DNA of 64,000 bases from Acidobacteriota bacterium (lineage in GTDB: Bacteria > Acidobacteriota > UBA6911), in contig JAAYCX010000051.1 in NCBI GenBank assembly GCA_012729555.1, positions 17,882-81,881 of the forward strand, in the 5' to 3' direction. Below, in pieces: positions 39,392-48,570 of this stretch. A program made the position numbers and the translations under genes. Each line of letters starts with the position of its first letter. Positions within the stretch are counted from its first letter, which is position 1. The notes beneath the pieces were generated by a model. That model was not told the DNA's origin and searched no databases. It was given only the letters and a program-made list of their open reading frames with translations.

Positions 39392-39784
39392 CTACAATAC
39401 ATAGCAACTCGTCAATCGGGGAAAATCCTCTCCCCGGCGAACGATCCAACTGCTTCGGACCACCGCCTGTCCCGATGGCCCGGTTATGCTGAAGTCTACC
39501 ACATACCGTCTACCATACTCATCGTGCTCTTCCGGCATTGCATCATTGTTTACTGCCGCCGCCCGCAGCGCACGCTGAAGATCCTGGACATGTTCAAGCG
39601 TGATCCCCAGTGATGACTTGAAGACCCGAGCCTTGTGGCACCCACGACGATGCTCGGGATTCAGGCAGTAATCCTGCAGCTTCTTTCCATCAACGACAGC
39701 CCGTTCTCCATTCGGCAGTTTCACCGTGTCGCTCTCCCTTGGGCATTGTAACACGACCCCATTTCTTTTCCGGCTCCTCGACAA
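39392..39784 (-). CDS. DUF6883 domain protein
   Basis: KLQDYCLNPEHRRGCHKARVF motif (KLxDYxLNxxH..GxxKAxxF). This family is usually encoded next to DUF4926. Confidence 0.6.
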   Translation of the reverse strand: MSRSRKRNGVVLQCPRESDTVKLPNGERAVVDGKKLQDYCLNPEHRRGCHKARVFKSSLGITLEHVQDLQRALRAAAVNNDAMPEEHDEYGRRYVVDFSITGPSGQAVVRSSWIVRRGEDFPRLTSCYVL

Positions 39785-39791
39785 GCTTTCG

Positions 39792-39811
39792 TTCAGGTCG
39801 TGCCGGGTGCG
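39792..39811. repeat. degenerate copy of the tRNA-Arg 3' end (candidate right attachment-site remnant)
   Basis: TTCAGGTCGTGCCGGGTGCG versus tRNA 3' TTCGAGTCGTGCCGGGCGCA: an 11-nt exact core (GTCGTGCCGGG) and 15/20 positions overall (17/21 if the preceding G at 39791 is included). Confidence 0.35.
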
Positions 39812-40092
39812 TGGCCGTGTAGATCAACTTCAGCTTTTGGTTTTCAAGCGTTCGGCCGTGGCGGCTTTTGGGTGTTCGCTAACAGAATTTGTGAGTTTCC
39901 CAATATCCCTATTCGAAATCCGATTTGTGCTGCTTGGATTCACGCCCTCTGGACGCGCAAGAGTTCCGGTGGTTTAATGGTACGGGAACCCGGATTCTGG
40001 GGGAATTCGCGGCTGGAGCCGCAATACCTGCAAGCGGGCAATAGATGGCCGGGGGTCGCGTGGGGGATCTATCGGAATTTCACATATACCGG

Positions 40093-40404
40093 CTAATGCT
40101 TCCCATCGCATCTTCTATTTCGTACAAATATCCATTCCAACAAATAGAGAAGACTCCATAGTGCAGCGGCGTAAAATGGAAATGACACTCCCCAATAGAT
40201 CTTGATGCGGTCGAAGTGGGAACCCTCTCCCAAAAGAAGGTCGAGAAAGCCAATGGCTGGTATATATAAACAATCCATTATCTTGTCAAATGCTGTTAAA
40301 TCGTCCTGTGATGACACAAACCGAAAGCTGGTACTCATCGCAAAAACAATGCACATCGACAGGCAACATGAAATTAGGAATCGAAGAATTTTACGCTTGT
40401 TCAT
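40093..40404 (-). CDS. small hypothetical membrane protein in the low-GC segment
   Basis: 103-aa ORF with two hydrophobic segments. AT-rich codon usage unlike the rest of the window. Weak call. Confidence 0.25.
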   Translation of the reverse strand: MNKRKILRFLISCCLSMCIVFAMSTSFRFVSSQDDLTAFDKIMDCLYIPAIGFLDLLLGEGSHFDRIKIYWGVSFPFYAAALWSLLYLLEWIFVRNRRCDGKH

Positions 40405-40570
40405 CTGATGTTGACCCCAAAATCCCGACGCACCCTAGCTTTGTCAATGTCCCATTATCTAGCCTAGAGCTTGTTTAGCTTCCTGATTTCATCATCTCTA
40501 ATCAATTGTTGATTCATAGGAAAAAGCTTCTGTTCTTCCTGCTTTCTAGTGGGCACCCCCCCATATTGGC

Positions 40571-40870
40571 TCACCAACCTGCCAGAAATGATACTGGCGC
40601 AGGGGGGCGCTGCATACTGATCCAACGCAGTTCGGTGAATTTCTCCAGGCCCGCCCGGACGCCGAACCGACCCCAGCCGCTGCCCTTGATCCCCCCGAAG
40701 GGGATCTTCGGCTCGTCGTGCACGGTCTGGTCGTTGATGTGCACGATCTCCGATTCGTTCCTCTCTCCGCGTTGTCTCCGCTTAATCATTGCACAGAATT
40801 TCCCAACTGGTTTGTCCTGTTTTGAGTGCCATGATTCCTCCCGTTGTTCGGGGGTATCATAGGCATTCAC
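40571..40870 (-). pseudogene. aldehyde dehydrogenase 3'-terminal gene fragment (remnant)
   Basis: The last ~55 codons (IVHINDQTVHDEPKIPFGGIKGSGWGRFGVRAGLEKFTELRWISMQRPP) are near-identical to the C-terminus of the intact ALDH at 41539-42996. The upstream part is unrelated low-GC sequence. Confidence 0.6.
40590..40757. repeat. 168-bp direct repeat, copy A (ALDH 3' end)
   Basis: About 90% identical to 41547-41714. Marks the left end of a ~790-bp low-GC insert. Confidence 0.7.
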
Positions 40871-40995
40871 CAGGCCCTTGGGAATGAGGGGATCATTGCA
40901 CGCTTACCTACTTGCGCATGAAAAACAGTGGCCCAGTCATGCAAGAAGAGTGAACTTACAGAAAATATGTCGCTCTGTCGGGGATCAATGCACGC

Positions 40996-41478
40996 TTACT
41001 CTTCATCACCGTAATATTGAAAGTCGAAAGTACACTCGAGATTCAGATCGGCTAGATTACGCATTTGCTTTGGCCAAAGCGTCGGACCGCCTCCTCCGAA
41101 TTGAGACCACCAGATGCAATGTACAAGCATTTCGACCCCTCTTTCTGCCTGAAGCAATTTTATGGCTTCAGTACGTGGTTCCAATCTTTCATATATCCAA
41201 TCCAGGTGGCGTCTCAGATCTTTCGATATGACAAATGTTTCGGAAGACAAAAACCAACAGTTAACTTTGTCAATCCGAACACGTCCCGTCATAATGCCAT
41301 AATGCTTCTCCCCAGCAATTACCTCTTCCGTTGGTTTAATTCCCATTATCTCGGTCACTTCCGAGGGTTTCATTTTACCTGAGTAGATACGCAATTCTGC
41401 GCATGTCCGTTCACAGGATTCATCCGAATCATCGATTGGGTGTAAAAAAAGGAAATTATCTGTTTTGTTATCAATCAT
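40996..41478 (-). CDS. DUF4279-like protein encoded in the low-GC insert
   Basis: AELRIYSGKMKPSEVTEIMGIKPTEEVIAGEK resembles the DUF4279 N-terminal motif as I recall it. GC content is far below the window average. Confidence 0.45.
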   Translation of the reverse strand: MIDNKTDNFLFLHPIDDSDESCERTCAELRIYSGKMKPSEVTEIMGIKPTEEVIAGEKHYGIMTGRVRIDKVNCWFLSSETFVISKDLRRHLDWIYERLEPRTEAIKLLQAERGVEMLVHCIWWSQFGGGGPTLWPKQMRNLADLNLECTFDFQYYGDEE

Positions 41479-41538
41479 CGCAGATAATGTACAATATTAC
41501 CAGGTTCGCAAAATCCAACTGTTTATGACACGGTAGTA

Positions 41539-42996
41539 CTAGAAAGGATACTGGCGCGGGGAGCGCTGCATGCTGATCCAGCGCAGCTCGGTGAATTCCT
41601 CCAGGCCCGCGCGGCCGCCGAACCGGCCCCAGCCGCTGTCCTTGATCCCCCCGAAGGGGACCTGCGGCTCGTCGTGCACGGTCTGGTCGTTGATGTGCAC
41701 GATCCCCGATTCGATCCGCTCGGCGATGGCCAGCCCCCGGTTGAAATCGCGCGTGATCACCGAGGCGGAGAGCCCGTAGCGGGTTTCGTTCGCCACGGCG
41801 ATCGCCTGCTCGACGTCGTCCACCTCGATGATGGACACCACCGGGCCGAAGGTCTCCTCGCAGCTGAAGGGGGTGCCGGGCCGGGCTCCCGCGACCACGG
41901 TCGGGAGGTAGCAGGGGCCCTCGGCCCTGCCTCCGCACAGGATCCGCGCGCCGTCCCTGACGGCGCCCGCCACGCTCTTCTGGATGTCCTCGAGCTGGCC
42001 CCGGTTGATGATCGGCCCGATGACGGTTTCCGGGTCGCGGGGGTTCCCCACCTTGAGGCCCGACACCCGCTTGACGAACTGCTCGGTGAAGCGGGCGGCC
42101 ACCGGGCGCTCGATCAGGATGCGGCGCGTGGACATGCAGATCTGCCCCTGGTGGAGGAAGGCGCCGAAGGTGGCGGCGCGCACGGCGTGATCGATGTCGG
42201 CGTCGGCGAGGATGATCATGGGGTTCTGCCCCCCCAGTTCCAGGGCCACGCGCTTGAGGTGGCGCCCCGCCTTCTCGGCCAGCTGGCGCCCGACGGAGGA
42301 GGAACCGGTCATGGAGATGCGGCGCACGATCGGGTTCTCGATGAACTCGTCCCCGATTTCGCCGCTCCGGCCGGGACCGTTGGTGACGACGTTCAGGACC
42401 CCTTTGGGAAAGCCGGCCTGGTGGAACACCTCGGCGATCAGGACGCCGCCGGCGGCCGAGGACTCGGTCGAGGGCTTGAGCACCGCCGTGTTGCCGTACG
42501 CGATGGGCATGCAGATCGAGCGCAGCGACAGGATCAGCGGCGCGTTCCAGGGCCCGATGCCGGCCACCACCCCCACCGGCTGGCGCAGGGTCATGTGAAA
42601 GGCGCCGGGGAGGTCGGAGGGGAGGATTTCCCCGGCGGACTGGTGCACCTGGGAAGCGGCCTCCCGCAGCAACCCGGGGGTGAAGCCCGCCTGGAACATG
42701 GCAAAACCGGAGGCGCAGCCCGTCTCCTCCGCGAGAATGGCCACGACTTCGTCCCTCTTCTGCTCCAGGATATCGCCGGCCTTGAGGAAGAGGCGCCGGC
42801 GCTCGGAGGGGAGGGTGCGGGACCAGGCCGGGAACGCGGCCGCGGCGGCGGCCACCGCGCGGGCGGCGTCGGCCCGCTTGCCCGAGGCCACGCGGGCGAA
42901 AACCTCCCCGGTGAAGGGATTGAAGTCCTCGTAGAACTCGCCGTCGGCCGCCTCGCTCCACGCCCCGTCGATGTACATCCGGTATTCCCTGACCAT
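41539..42996 (-). CDS. NAD(P)-dependent aldehyde dehydrogenase
   Basis: ALDH glutamate and cysteine active-site regions (LELGGQNP, FLHQGQICMSTRR). 485 aa. Confidence 0.9.
   Translation of the reverse strand: MVREYRMYIDGAWSEAADGEFYEDFNPFTGEVFARVASGKRADAARAVAAAAAAFPAWSRTLPSERRRLFLKAGDILEQKRDEVVAILAEETGCASGFAMFQAGFTPGLLREAASQVHQSAGEILPSDLPGAFHMTLRQPVGVVAGIGPWNAPLILSLRSICMPIAYGNTAVLKPSTESSAAGGVLIAEVFHQAGFPKGVLNVVTNGPGRSGEIGDEFIENPIVRRISMTGSSSVGRQLAEKAGRHLKRVALELGGQNPMIILADADIDHAVRAATFGAFLHQGQICMSTRRILIERPVAARFTEQFVKRVSGLKVGNPRDPETVIGPIINRGQLEDIQKSVAGAVRDGARILCGGRAEGPCYLPTVVAGARPGTPFSCEETFGPVVSIIEVDDVEQAIAVANETRYGLSASVITRDFNRGLAIAERIESGIVHINDQTVHDEPQVPFGGIKDSGWGRFGGRAGLEEFTELRWISMQRSPRQYPF
41547..41714. 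repeat. 168-bp direct repeat, copy B (within the 3' end of the intact ALDH gene)
   Basis: About 90% identical to 40590-40757. Confidence 0.7.
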
Positions 42997-43104
42997 GGCC
43001 CCCTCCTTGGTTGAATGCCTCCCCCCATCATAATCCGGCCGGGGCGATTTTCCACCGGCTATCGAGCGGCGCGCGCCTTTTCCAGCGGGGACGGGCCGCC
43101 GCTG

Positions 43105-43881
43105 CTACTGCAGCAACCGGCGGTAGACCGCCTCGTCGCCGGCCGTGAACACGTCGAAGACCACCCGGGCGACCCCGCACCCCCGGTCGAGGGTCTCCCG
43201 GACCGTGCGCACGGCGATCCCGGCGGCCTCCTCCCGCGGGAAGCGGAAGACCCCGGTGGAGATCGCGCAGAAGGCAACGGCGCGGCAGCCGTTCTCTTCG
43301 GCCAGCCTAAGACAGCGGGAGTAGCAGGAAGCGAGCAGCTCCCGGTCGCGCTCCGACACCCGCGCGTGGATGATGGGCCCCACCGTGTGGAGCACGTATC
43401 GCGCCGGGAGGTTGTAGCCGGGGGTGATCTCGGCCCGCCCGGTCGGTTCCGGGTGCCCCTGCCGCTCCATGATCTCGTGGCACCGCAGCCGCAACTGCAC
43501 CCCGGCCCAGGTGTGGATGCAGTTGTCGATGCAGTCGTGGCACGGCTCCCAGCACCCTTCCATCCGGCTGTTGGCGGCGTTGACGATGGCGTCTATCCGC
43601 AGCGTGGTGATGTCCCCCCGCCACAGGACCAGGCGCGGGTCGGCCGTCGCCGGCAGGGCGTCGGCGTCGACCACCCCCCGCCGGGCCGTCTCCGCCTGCA
43701 GGTACTCGTCCTGCACCCGGAGGAATTCCTCGCCAGCCGGGCGGGCGGGGCGGACGTTCATGAGGGAGCGGAGCAGCCGCCACCGTTCCTCCCCTCCCTG
43801 CGGAACCGCCACGCCGCGGTACCGGTCGTCTTCCGCCAGCAGCGCCTCGATCAGGGTCCGCAGCCTCTCCTCCTGGGTCAT
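43105..43881 (-). CDS. macrodomain protein (MacroD-like ADP-ribose / O-acetyl-ADP-ribose hydrolase) with ~75-aa N-terminal extension
   Basis: LVLWRGDITTLRIDAIVNAANSRMEG and GYNLPARYVLHTVGP macro motifs. Start at ATG 43881 (ATGA overlap with the Sir2 stop); the track's 43105..44271 ORF carries a spurious G/R-rich extension. Confidence 0.8.
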   Translation of the reverse strand: MTQEERLRTLIEALLAEDDRYRGVAVPQGGEERWRLLRSLMNVRPARPAGEEFLRVQDEYLQAETARRGVVDADALPATADPRLVLWRGDITTLRIDAIVNAANSRMEGCWEPCHDCIDNCIHTWAGVQLRLRCHEIMERQGHPEPTGRAEITPGYNLPARYVLHTVGPIIHARVSERDRELLASCYSRCLRLAEENGCRAVAFCAISTGVFRFPREEAAGIAVRTVRETLDRGCGVARVVFDVFTAGDEAVYRRLLQ

Positions 43882-44846
43882 GCCCCCTCCCCGGCCGCCA
43901 CGCCCGCCGGCGCGCCCGCCGGTGCGCCTTCCGCCTTCGCGAACCGGACGTGCAGCCGTTCGATCACCTCGCCGGCGTCCCACGGCATCGGGGTCGCCCG
44001 CCCCGCGAGTTCGGCCGGGACCATGGCGAAGCCCCCGTGGCCGGGCCACTCCCGGTACTCCCGGTTGACGCGGAAGAGGTGGGCCCGCCCGTGCAGGTGC
44101 GCCAACCGCTCGAAGGGCCAGCGGATGACCCCCGGGGTGTTGAACCCCACCCCAAGTTCGAGGATGCAGAGGCGTCCGCCCGCGGTCCCCTCGATCCACT
44201 CCTCGTAGCGCCCCCGCTCCTCCCGGTACCCATCGAAGGAGCGGAACGCCGTCGCGAGCGACGCCCCGCACGAGGGGCAGCGGGGGATGGCGCTCTCATC
44301 GGAAATCGTGAAGGTCTCCGGGTCGATGAGCGGGAGGAGCCGGTCGATGACGGGCTCGACGGCCCAGGTCTCCCGCGTGCAGCCGGCCGTGCAGCGGAGC
44401 CGGTCGTAGCTCCCCTGGGCCTCGAACACCCGCTCCATGGGGAAGCCGGTGCGCAAAAGCTGCCGGTCGCAGTTGGAGGTGACGACGAAAAAATCCCGCC
44501 CCGCAAGGAGCGCGAGGAGTTTCCGGTAGAGTTCGGCCGGGGGGAAGACGTGGCGCACGAAATGGATATGCCGGACGAGGTAGGCCCACTCCCTCGCCTC
44601 GGGCCACCCTTCCTTCTCCCGCTCGAACAGCTGGTAGGGGTAGTGGTAGCCCCGGGCCGCCATCTCGGGCTGAAACCGCCGGAAGAGGTCCTCGTCGAGG
44701 TAGCTGAGCCCGGCGGCGGCCGAAAGCCCGGCCCCCGCGCCGACGAGGACCCGGTCGGAATTCTCGAGCCACTCCCCCAGGGCGTCGACCGCTTCCGCCA
44801 GCCCTCCGCTCCCGGCCTTCGCGTATATCCACTCACTCTCACGCAT
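43878..44846 (-). CDS. Sir2-family (sirtuin-like) NAD-dependent protein
   Basis: GAGLSAAAGL (GAGxS NAD loop). TSNCDRQL (TQNID-like). Zn ribbon CTAGC...CPSCG. LELGVG. The canonical HG catalytic motif appears as QGS in the region where I would expect it (by-eye alignment). Confidence 0.7.
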   Translation of the reverse strand: MRESEWIYAKAGSGGLAEAVDALGEWLENSDRVLVGAGAGLSAAAGLSYLDEDLFRRFQPEMAARGYHYPYQLFEREKEGWPEAREWAYLVRHIHFVRHVFPPAELYRKLLALLAGRDFFVVTSNCDRQLLRTGFPMERVFEAQGSYDRLRCTAGCTRETWAVEPVIDRLLPLIDPETFTISDESAIPRCPSCGASLATAFRSFDGYREERGRYEEWIEGTAGGRLCILELGVGFNTPGVIRWPFERLAHLHGRAHLFRVNREYREWPGHGGFAMVPAELAGRATPMPWDAGEVIERLHVRFAKAEGAPAGAPAGVAAGEGA

Positions 44847-44987
44847 CCGGACCTCCCCGCAAACCTTTCCATATTACCCATCGGGGGGGAGGGCGTAAAG
44901 GGCGCTCCGGCCCCGGGGCCGGGCCCGATTTTGGACCGGGCGCCGTCCGAACCGGTGTAAAATCGAAGGAAGGAAACGGAGGGGGAC

Positions 44988-45896
44988 ATGCTGGACATTG
45001 AGGGGAAGGGGGCCTTCGTCACGGGGGGCGCCAGCGGGATCGGGCTCGGGATCGCCGAAGCGATGGTCGACGCCGGCATGAAGGTGGTGATCGCCGACAT
45101 GCAGGAGGACTACCTCGGGGAGGCCCTCCGGGGCTTCCGGCAGCGGGGGCGCGGAGAGAGCGTGCACGGGCTGCTCCTCGACGTGACCGACCGCGCGGCT
45201 TTCGAGCAGGCGGCCGACGAGGCGGAGGGGGTGTTCGGCAAAATTCACGTGCTCTCTGCCAACGCCGGCGTCGGCATCCTCGGCCCGGTCGGGGACGCGA
45301 AATACGGCGACTGGGACTGGGCCCTGGGAGTGATGGTCGGCGGCGTCGTCAACGCCCTCCAGGTTTTCCTCCCCCGCATCCTGCGCCACGGCGAGGGGGG
45401 GCACATCGTCGCCACCTCCTCCATGTCGGGGGTGCTCCCGCTGCCGGGCACCGCCATCTACTCGACGGCCAAGGGGGCGGTCGTGGCCCTGTGCGAGGCG
45501 CTGCGGGGGGAACTGGCCCCGGACAAGATCGGAATATCCGCCTTCTGCCCCGGGCCGGTGGCCACCCGGATCAGCCGGACCGGGCGTCTCCGGCCGGAAA
45601 AGTACCGGAAGGAGAGCGGCTACGCCGAAATGGAGCGCCGGATCGAGAACCGCCCCGCCTTCCGGAGCGAGATGAGCCCCGGGGAGTGCGGCCGGAGGGT
45701 GCTCGACGGCATCCGGCGCAACGATCTGTACATCTTCACCCACCGGGAATTCCGGGAAGGGGTCGCGGAAAAAATGGAGGCCATGCTCGCCTCCTTCCCG
45801 GACGAGCCGGTCGACGGCGCACGGGCGAAGGAATTCGCCTTTCTGACCTCCAATCCCATATACCGGGAGATCCTCGAAAGGAAGGGGCGCGCATGA
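44988..45896 (+). CDS. SDR-family short-chain dehydrogenase/reductase
   Basis: TGGASGIGLG Rossmann motif and YSTAK catalytic motif. Confidence 0.85.
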   Translation: MLDIEGKGAFVTGGASGIGLGIAEAMVDAGMKVVIADMQEDYLGEALRGFRQRGRGESVHGLLLDVTDRAAFEQAADEAEGVFGKIHVLSANAGVGILGPVGDAKYGDWDWALGVMVGGVVNALQVFLPRILRHGEGGHIVATSSMSGVLPLPGTAIYSTAKGAVVALCEALRGELAPDKIGISAFCPGPVATRISRTGRLRPEKYRKESGYAEMERRIENRPAFRSEMSPGECGRRVLDGIRRNDLYIFTHREFREGVAEKMEAMLASFPDEPVDGARAKEFAFLTSNPIYREILERKGRA

Positions 45897-46792
45897 AGAA
45901 CGTGGAAGGGAAGGTGGCCTTCATCACCGGCGGGGCGAGCGGCGCCGGCCTGGGGATGGCCCGGGTGTTTCTGAAAAACGGGATCCGGGTCGCGATCGCC
46001 GACATCCGCCGGGACAGCCTCGACCGCGCCATGGCCGGGTTCGAGCGGGGGGCGGAAGTGCACCCGATCCTGCTCGACGTGGCCGACCGCGAGGCGATGG
46101 CGCGCGCGGCCGACGAGACCGAACGGGTGTTCGGCCGGGTGCACATCGTGTGCAACAACGCCGGGATCAACCTCTTCGTCCCGATCGAGGAGTGCACCTA
46201 CAACGACTGGGACTGGGTCATGGGGGTCGATTTCGGCGGGGTGGTCAACGGCGTCCAGACCTTCGTCCCCCGCATCCGGCGGCACGGCGAAGGGGGCCAC
46301 ATCGTCAACACCGCCTCGATGGCCGCCTTCCTGCCGAGCCCGCTGGCGGGGGCGTACACGGCCGCCAAGTTCGCCGTGCGCGGCCTGAGCGAGGCGCTCC
46401 GGCTGAGCCTCTACCACCACAACATCGGCGTCTCGGTCTTCTGCCCCGGGCTGATCAACAGCGCGATCTACGAAAGCGAAAAGATGCGGCCCGATGCGCT
46501 CCCCTCGCCCGAAAACACCGAGCGCAACCGCCGCTTCATGGACCGGCTCCCCGAAATCCACCGGTTCGGGATGGACCCGGAGGAGGTGGGGGAAAAGGTC
46601 CTGGCCGGAATCCGCGCCAACGACCTCTACATCTTCAGCCACCCCGAATTCCGGGACGAACTGAGGGAGATGTTCGACCGGACGCTCGCGGCCGTCCCCG
46701 CGGGGGAGGTCCCGGCCGAGCGCCTGGCGTTCGAGCAGGGGCGGCGCGAGGGGCTCGAAAAGGACAGGAAAGGGGCCGACGCGATCGGCTGA
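45893..46792 (+). CDS. SDR-family short-chain dehydrogenase/reductase (tandem paralog)
   Basis: TGGASGAGLG and YTAAK motifs. ATGA overlap with the upstream SDR. Start at ATG 45893; the track's 45491 start is an extension. Confidence 0.85.
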   Translation: MKNVEGKVAFITGGASGAGLGMARVFLKNGIRVAIADIRRDSLDRAMAGFERGAEVHPILLDVADREAMARAADETERVFGRVHIVCNNAGINLFVPIEECTYNDWDWVMGVDFGGVVNGVQTFVPRIRRHGEGGHIVNTASMAAFLPSPLAGAYTAAKFAVRGLSEALRLSLYHHNIGVSVFCPGLINSAIYESEKMRPDALPSPENTERNRRFMDRLPEIHRFGMDPEEVGEKVLAGIRANDLYIFSHPEFRDELREMFDRTLAAVPAGEVPAERLAFEQGRREGLEKDRKGADAIG

Positions 46793-46808
46793 CAGGGAGA
46801 AACGTACG

Positions 46809-48569
46809 ATGACGACACGGAAACGGATGGTGGTGCTGAACCCGGAAGGCCCCCTGGTCCCGGTGACCGAAGGTTCGGGGGCGGGCGTTCCCCGCTGGGA
46901 GATGGCGGCGCGCCCCGAAAGCCTCGACGGCAAAACGGTGTACCTCGTCAACCAGGGCTTCGGGGGGAGCGATCGCTTCATGGAGCAGCTGCAGGCGTGG
47001 TTCGCCCGGCACATGCCGACGGTCCGGACCGTGGTGAAGCGCAAGACGGGCTTCATCTTCCGGGACGACACCCGCGACCTGTGGAAGGAGATCAAGGAAA
47101 AGGGGGACGCCGTCGTCTTCGGGGTCGCGGGTTGACCCGGCTGCGTCACGGCGGTCGCCGGATGTTGCCGCACCCTCGAGCTGAAATACGGGATCCCCAC
47201 CGCGCCGGTTTCGACCATCGCCTTTGAACGCATGGAGCGGGAAGACCGCGAGTTTCACGGGGTCCCCCTGCGCTTCGTCTTCACGCCCCACCCCGTGGTC
47301 TCGATGCCCCCCGCGGTCCTCGCCCGCTACATCGAGGGGAACGACCCGGCCACCGGGCGTCCGGTGATCGCGGAGATCCTCGAGGCCCTCACCCGCCCCT
47401 ATTCCGAAGAGGAGAGCCGCAACCACGCCGTCGTGCGCCCCGTCCCGGAGCACCGGCGCCTGCTCGAGCCGGACACGGAGGAAAACCTCGAGCGCCTGTT
47501 CACCGAGCGCGGGTGGAGCGACGGGCTCCCCGTCGTGCTGCCGACCGAGGAGCGGGTGGCGCGCATGCTCGCCGGCACCGGCCAGAGGCCCGACAAGCTG
47601 GCGGGGAAGGCGCTGCTCGTCGACACGCAGGAAACCCTGAGGGTCTCGGTCGAGGCGGTCGCCGTCGCCGCGGTGATGGCCGGGGCGGGGCCGGAGCACC
47701 TCCCGGTGCTGCTGGCCGTCGCCTCGGCGGGGCAGCCGGCGATCCAGCCCTCGACCCTCCCCTTCGCCAGCGCGCTCCTGGTCAACGGCCCGATCCGGGG
47801 CGAGATCGGGATGAATTCAGGGATGGGGGCCCTGGGACCCTACAGCCGGGCCAACGCCGTCATCGGGCGCGCCTGGACCCTGATGAGCATCCTGTGGGGA
47901 TACGCCCGGCCCCGCCGCACCTTCTGGACCTCCCAGGGGAACAACTATTCCTACAACAACCTCTGCATGGCCGAAAACGAGGAGCGGAGCGTCTGGGAGC
48001 CGTTTCACGTCACGAAGGGGCACGGCGCCGGCGAGAGCGTCGTCAGCCTCTTCCGGGGGTGGAACCTGATCAACAGCATGGGGGCCGCGGCCCGGCGCTC
48101 CTGGGGGGAGGAGGTCCGGATCCAGATGCAGGCGCTCCCCGCCCTCTATTCCGCCGCCACCCTGATCCTGGACCCGCTCACGGCGCGCCACCTCCGGGAG
48201 AACGAGGGGTTCGCAAGCAAGGCCGACGCGAGCCGCTGGATTTCCGAAAACGTGACCCTTCCCGCGGGCCGCTTCTGGGGCAACGACATCATCGACATGC
48301 TGGTGACGCCGCTGGCCCTGGCCGGGGTGAAGCCCTACGCCGACTGGAAGCGGCTGCCGGAGGACGCCCCCATCGCCCCCTACCACCGGCCGGACAAGGT
48401 GAACCTCCTGGTCGTGGGGGGGGAGACGAGCCCGTTGTGGAAGATTTCCGATTTCGACCATGTCGCCACCGTCTCCGTCGATCGGTGGCGTCCCGGCGCG
48501 CCCGCACCCCGGGGCGGGGAGGAAGGCGCGGACGGGGGGCGCGGCGCCTACGAGGGCACACGGGAGTGA
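46809..48569 (+). CDS. candidate selenoprotein, paralog of 24361-26058: ~108-aa N-terminal domain ending U-P-G-C (in-frame TGA 47133-47135), same-frame continuation into a conserved ~445-aa domain (GWSDGLPVVLPTEERVARML...). Conventional annotation would split it into 46809-47135 and 47232-48569.
   Basis: TGA at codon 109 is followed by CCC GGC TGC. 46809 and 47232 are both 0 mod 3. Sequence between the TGA and the first downstream Met is conserved with module 1 (...YNGISIEDFGTP / ...KYGIPTAPVSTI). A GC-rich imperfect hairpin lies at 47137-47161. Confidence 0.45.
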
Positions 48570-48570
48570 A

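Noticed and set aside
39940-40030. tRNA-like looking stretch (GGTGGTTTAATGGTACGGGAACC ... GGGGGAATTCGCGGCTGGAGCCGC)
   Set aside because: I could not fold it into a cloverleaf. There is no acceptor stem, and neither a proper D-arm nor a T-loop consensus. It is probably a chance resemblance inside the low-GC insert.
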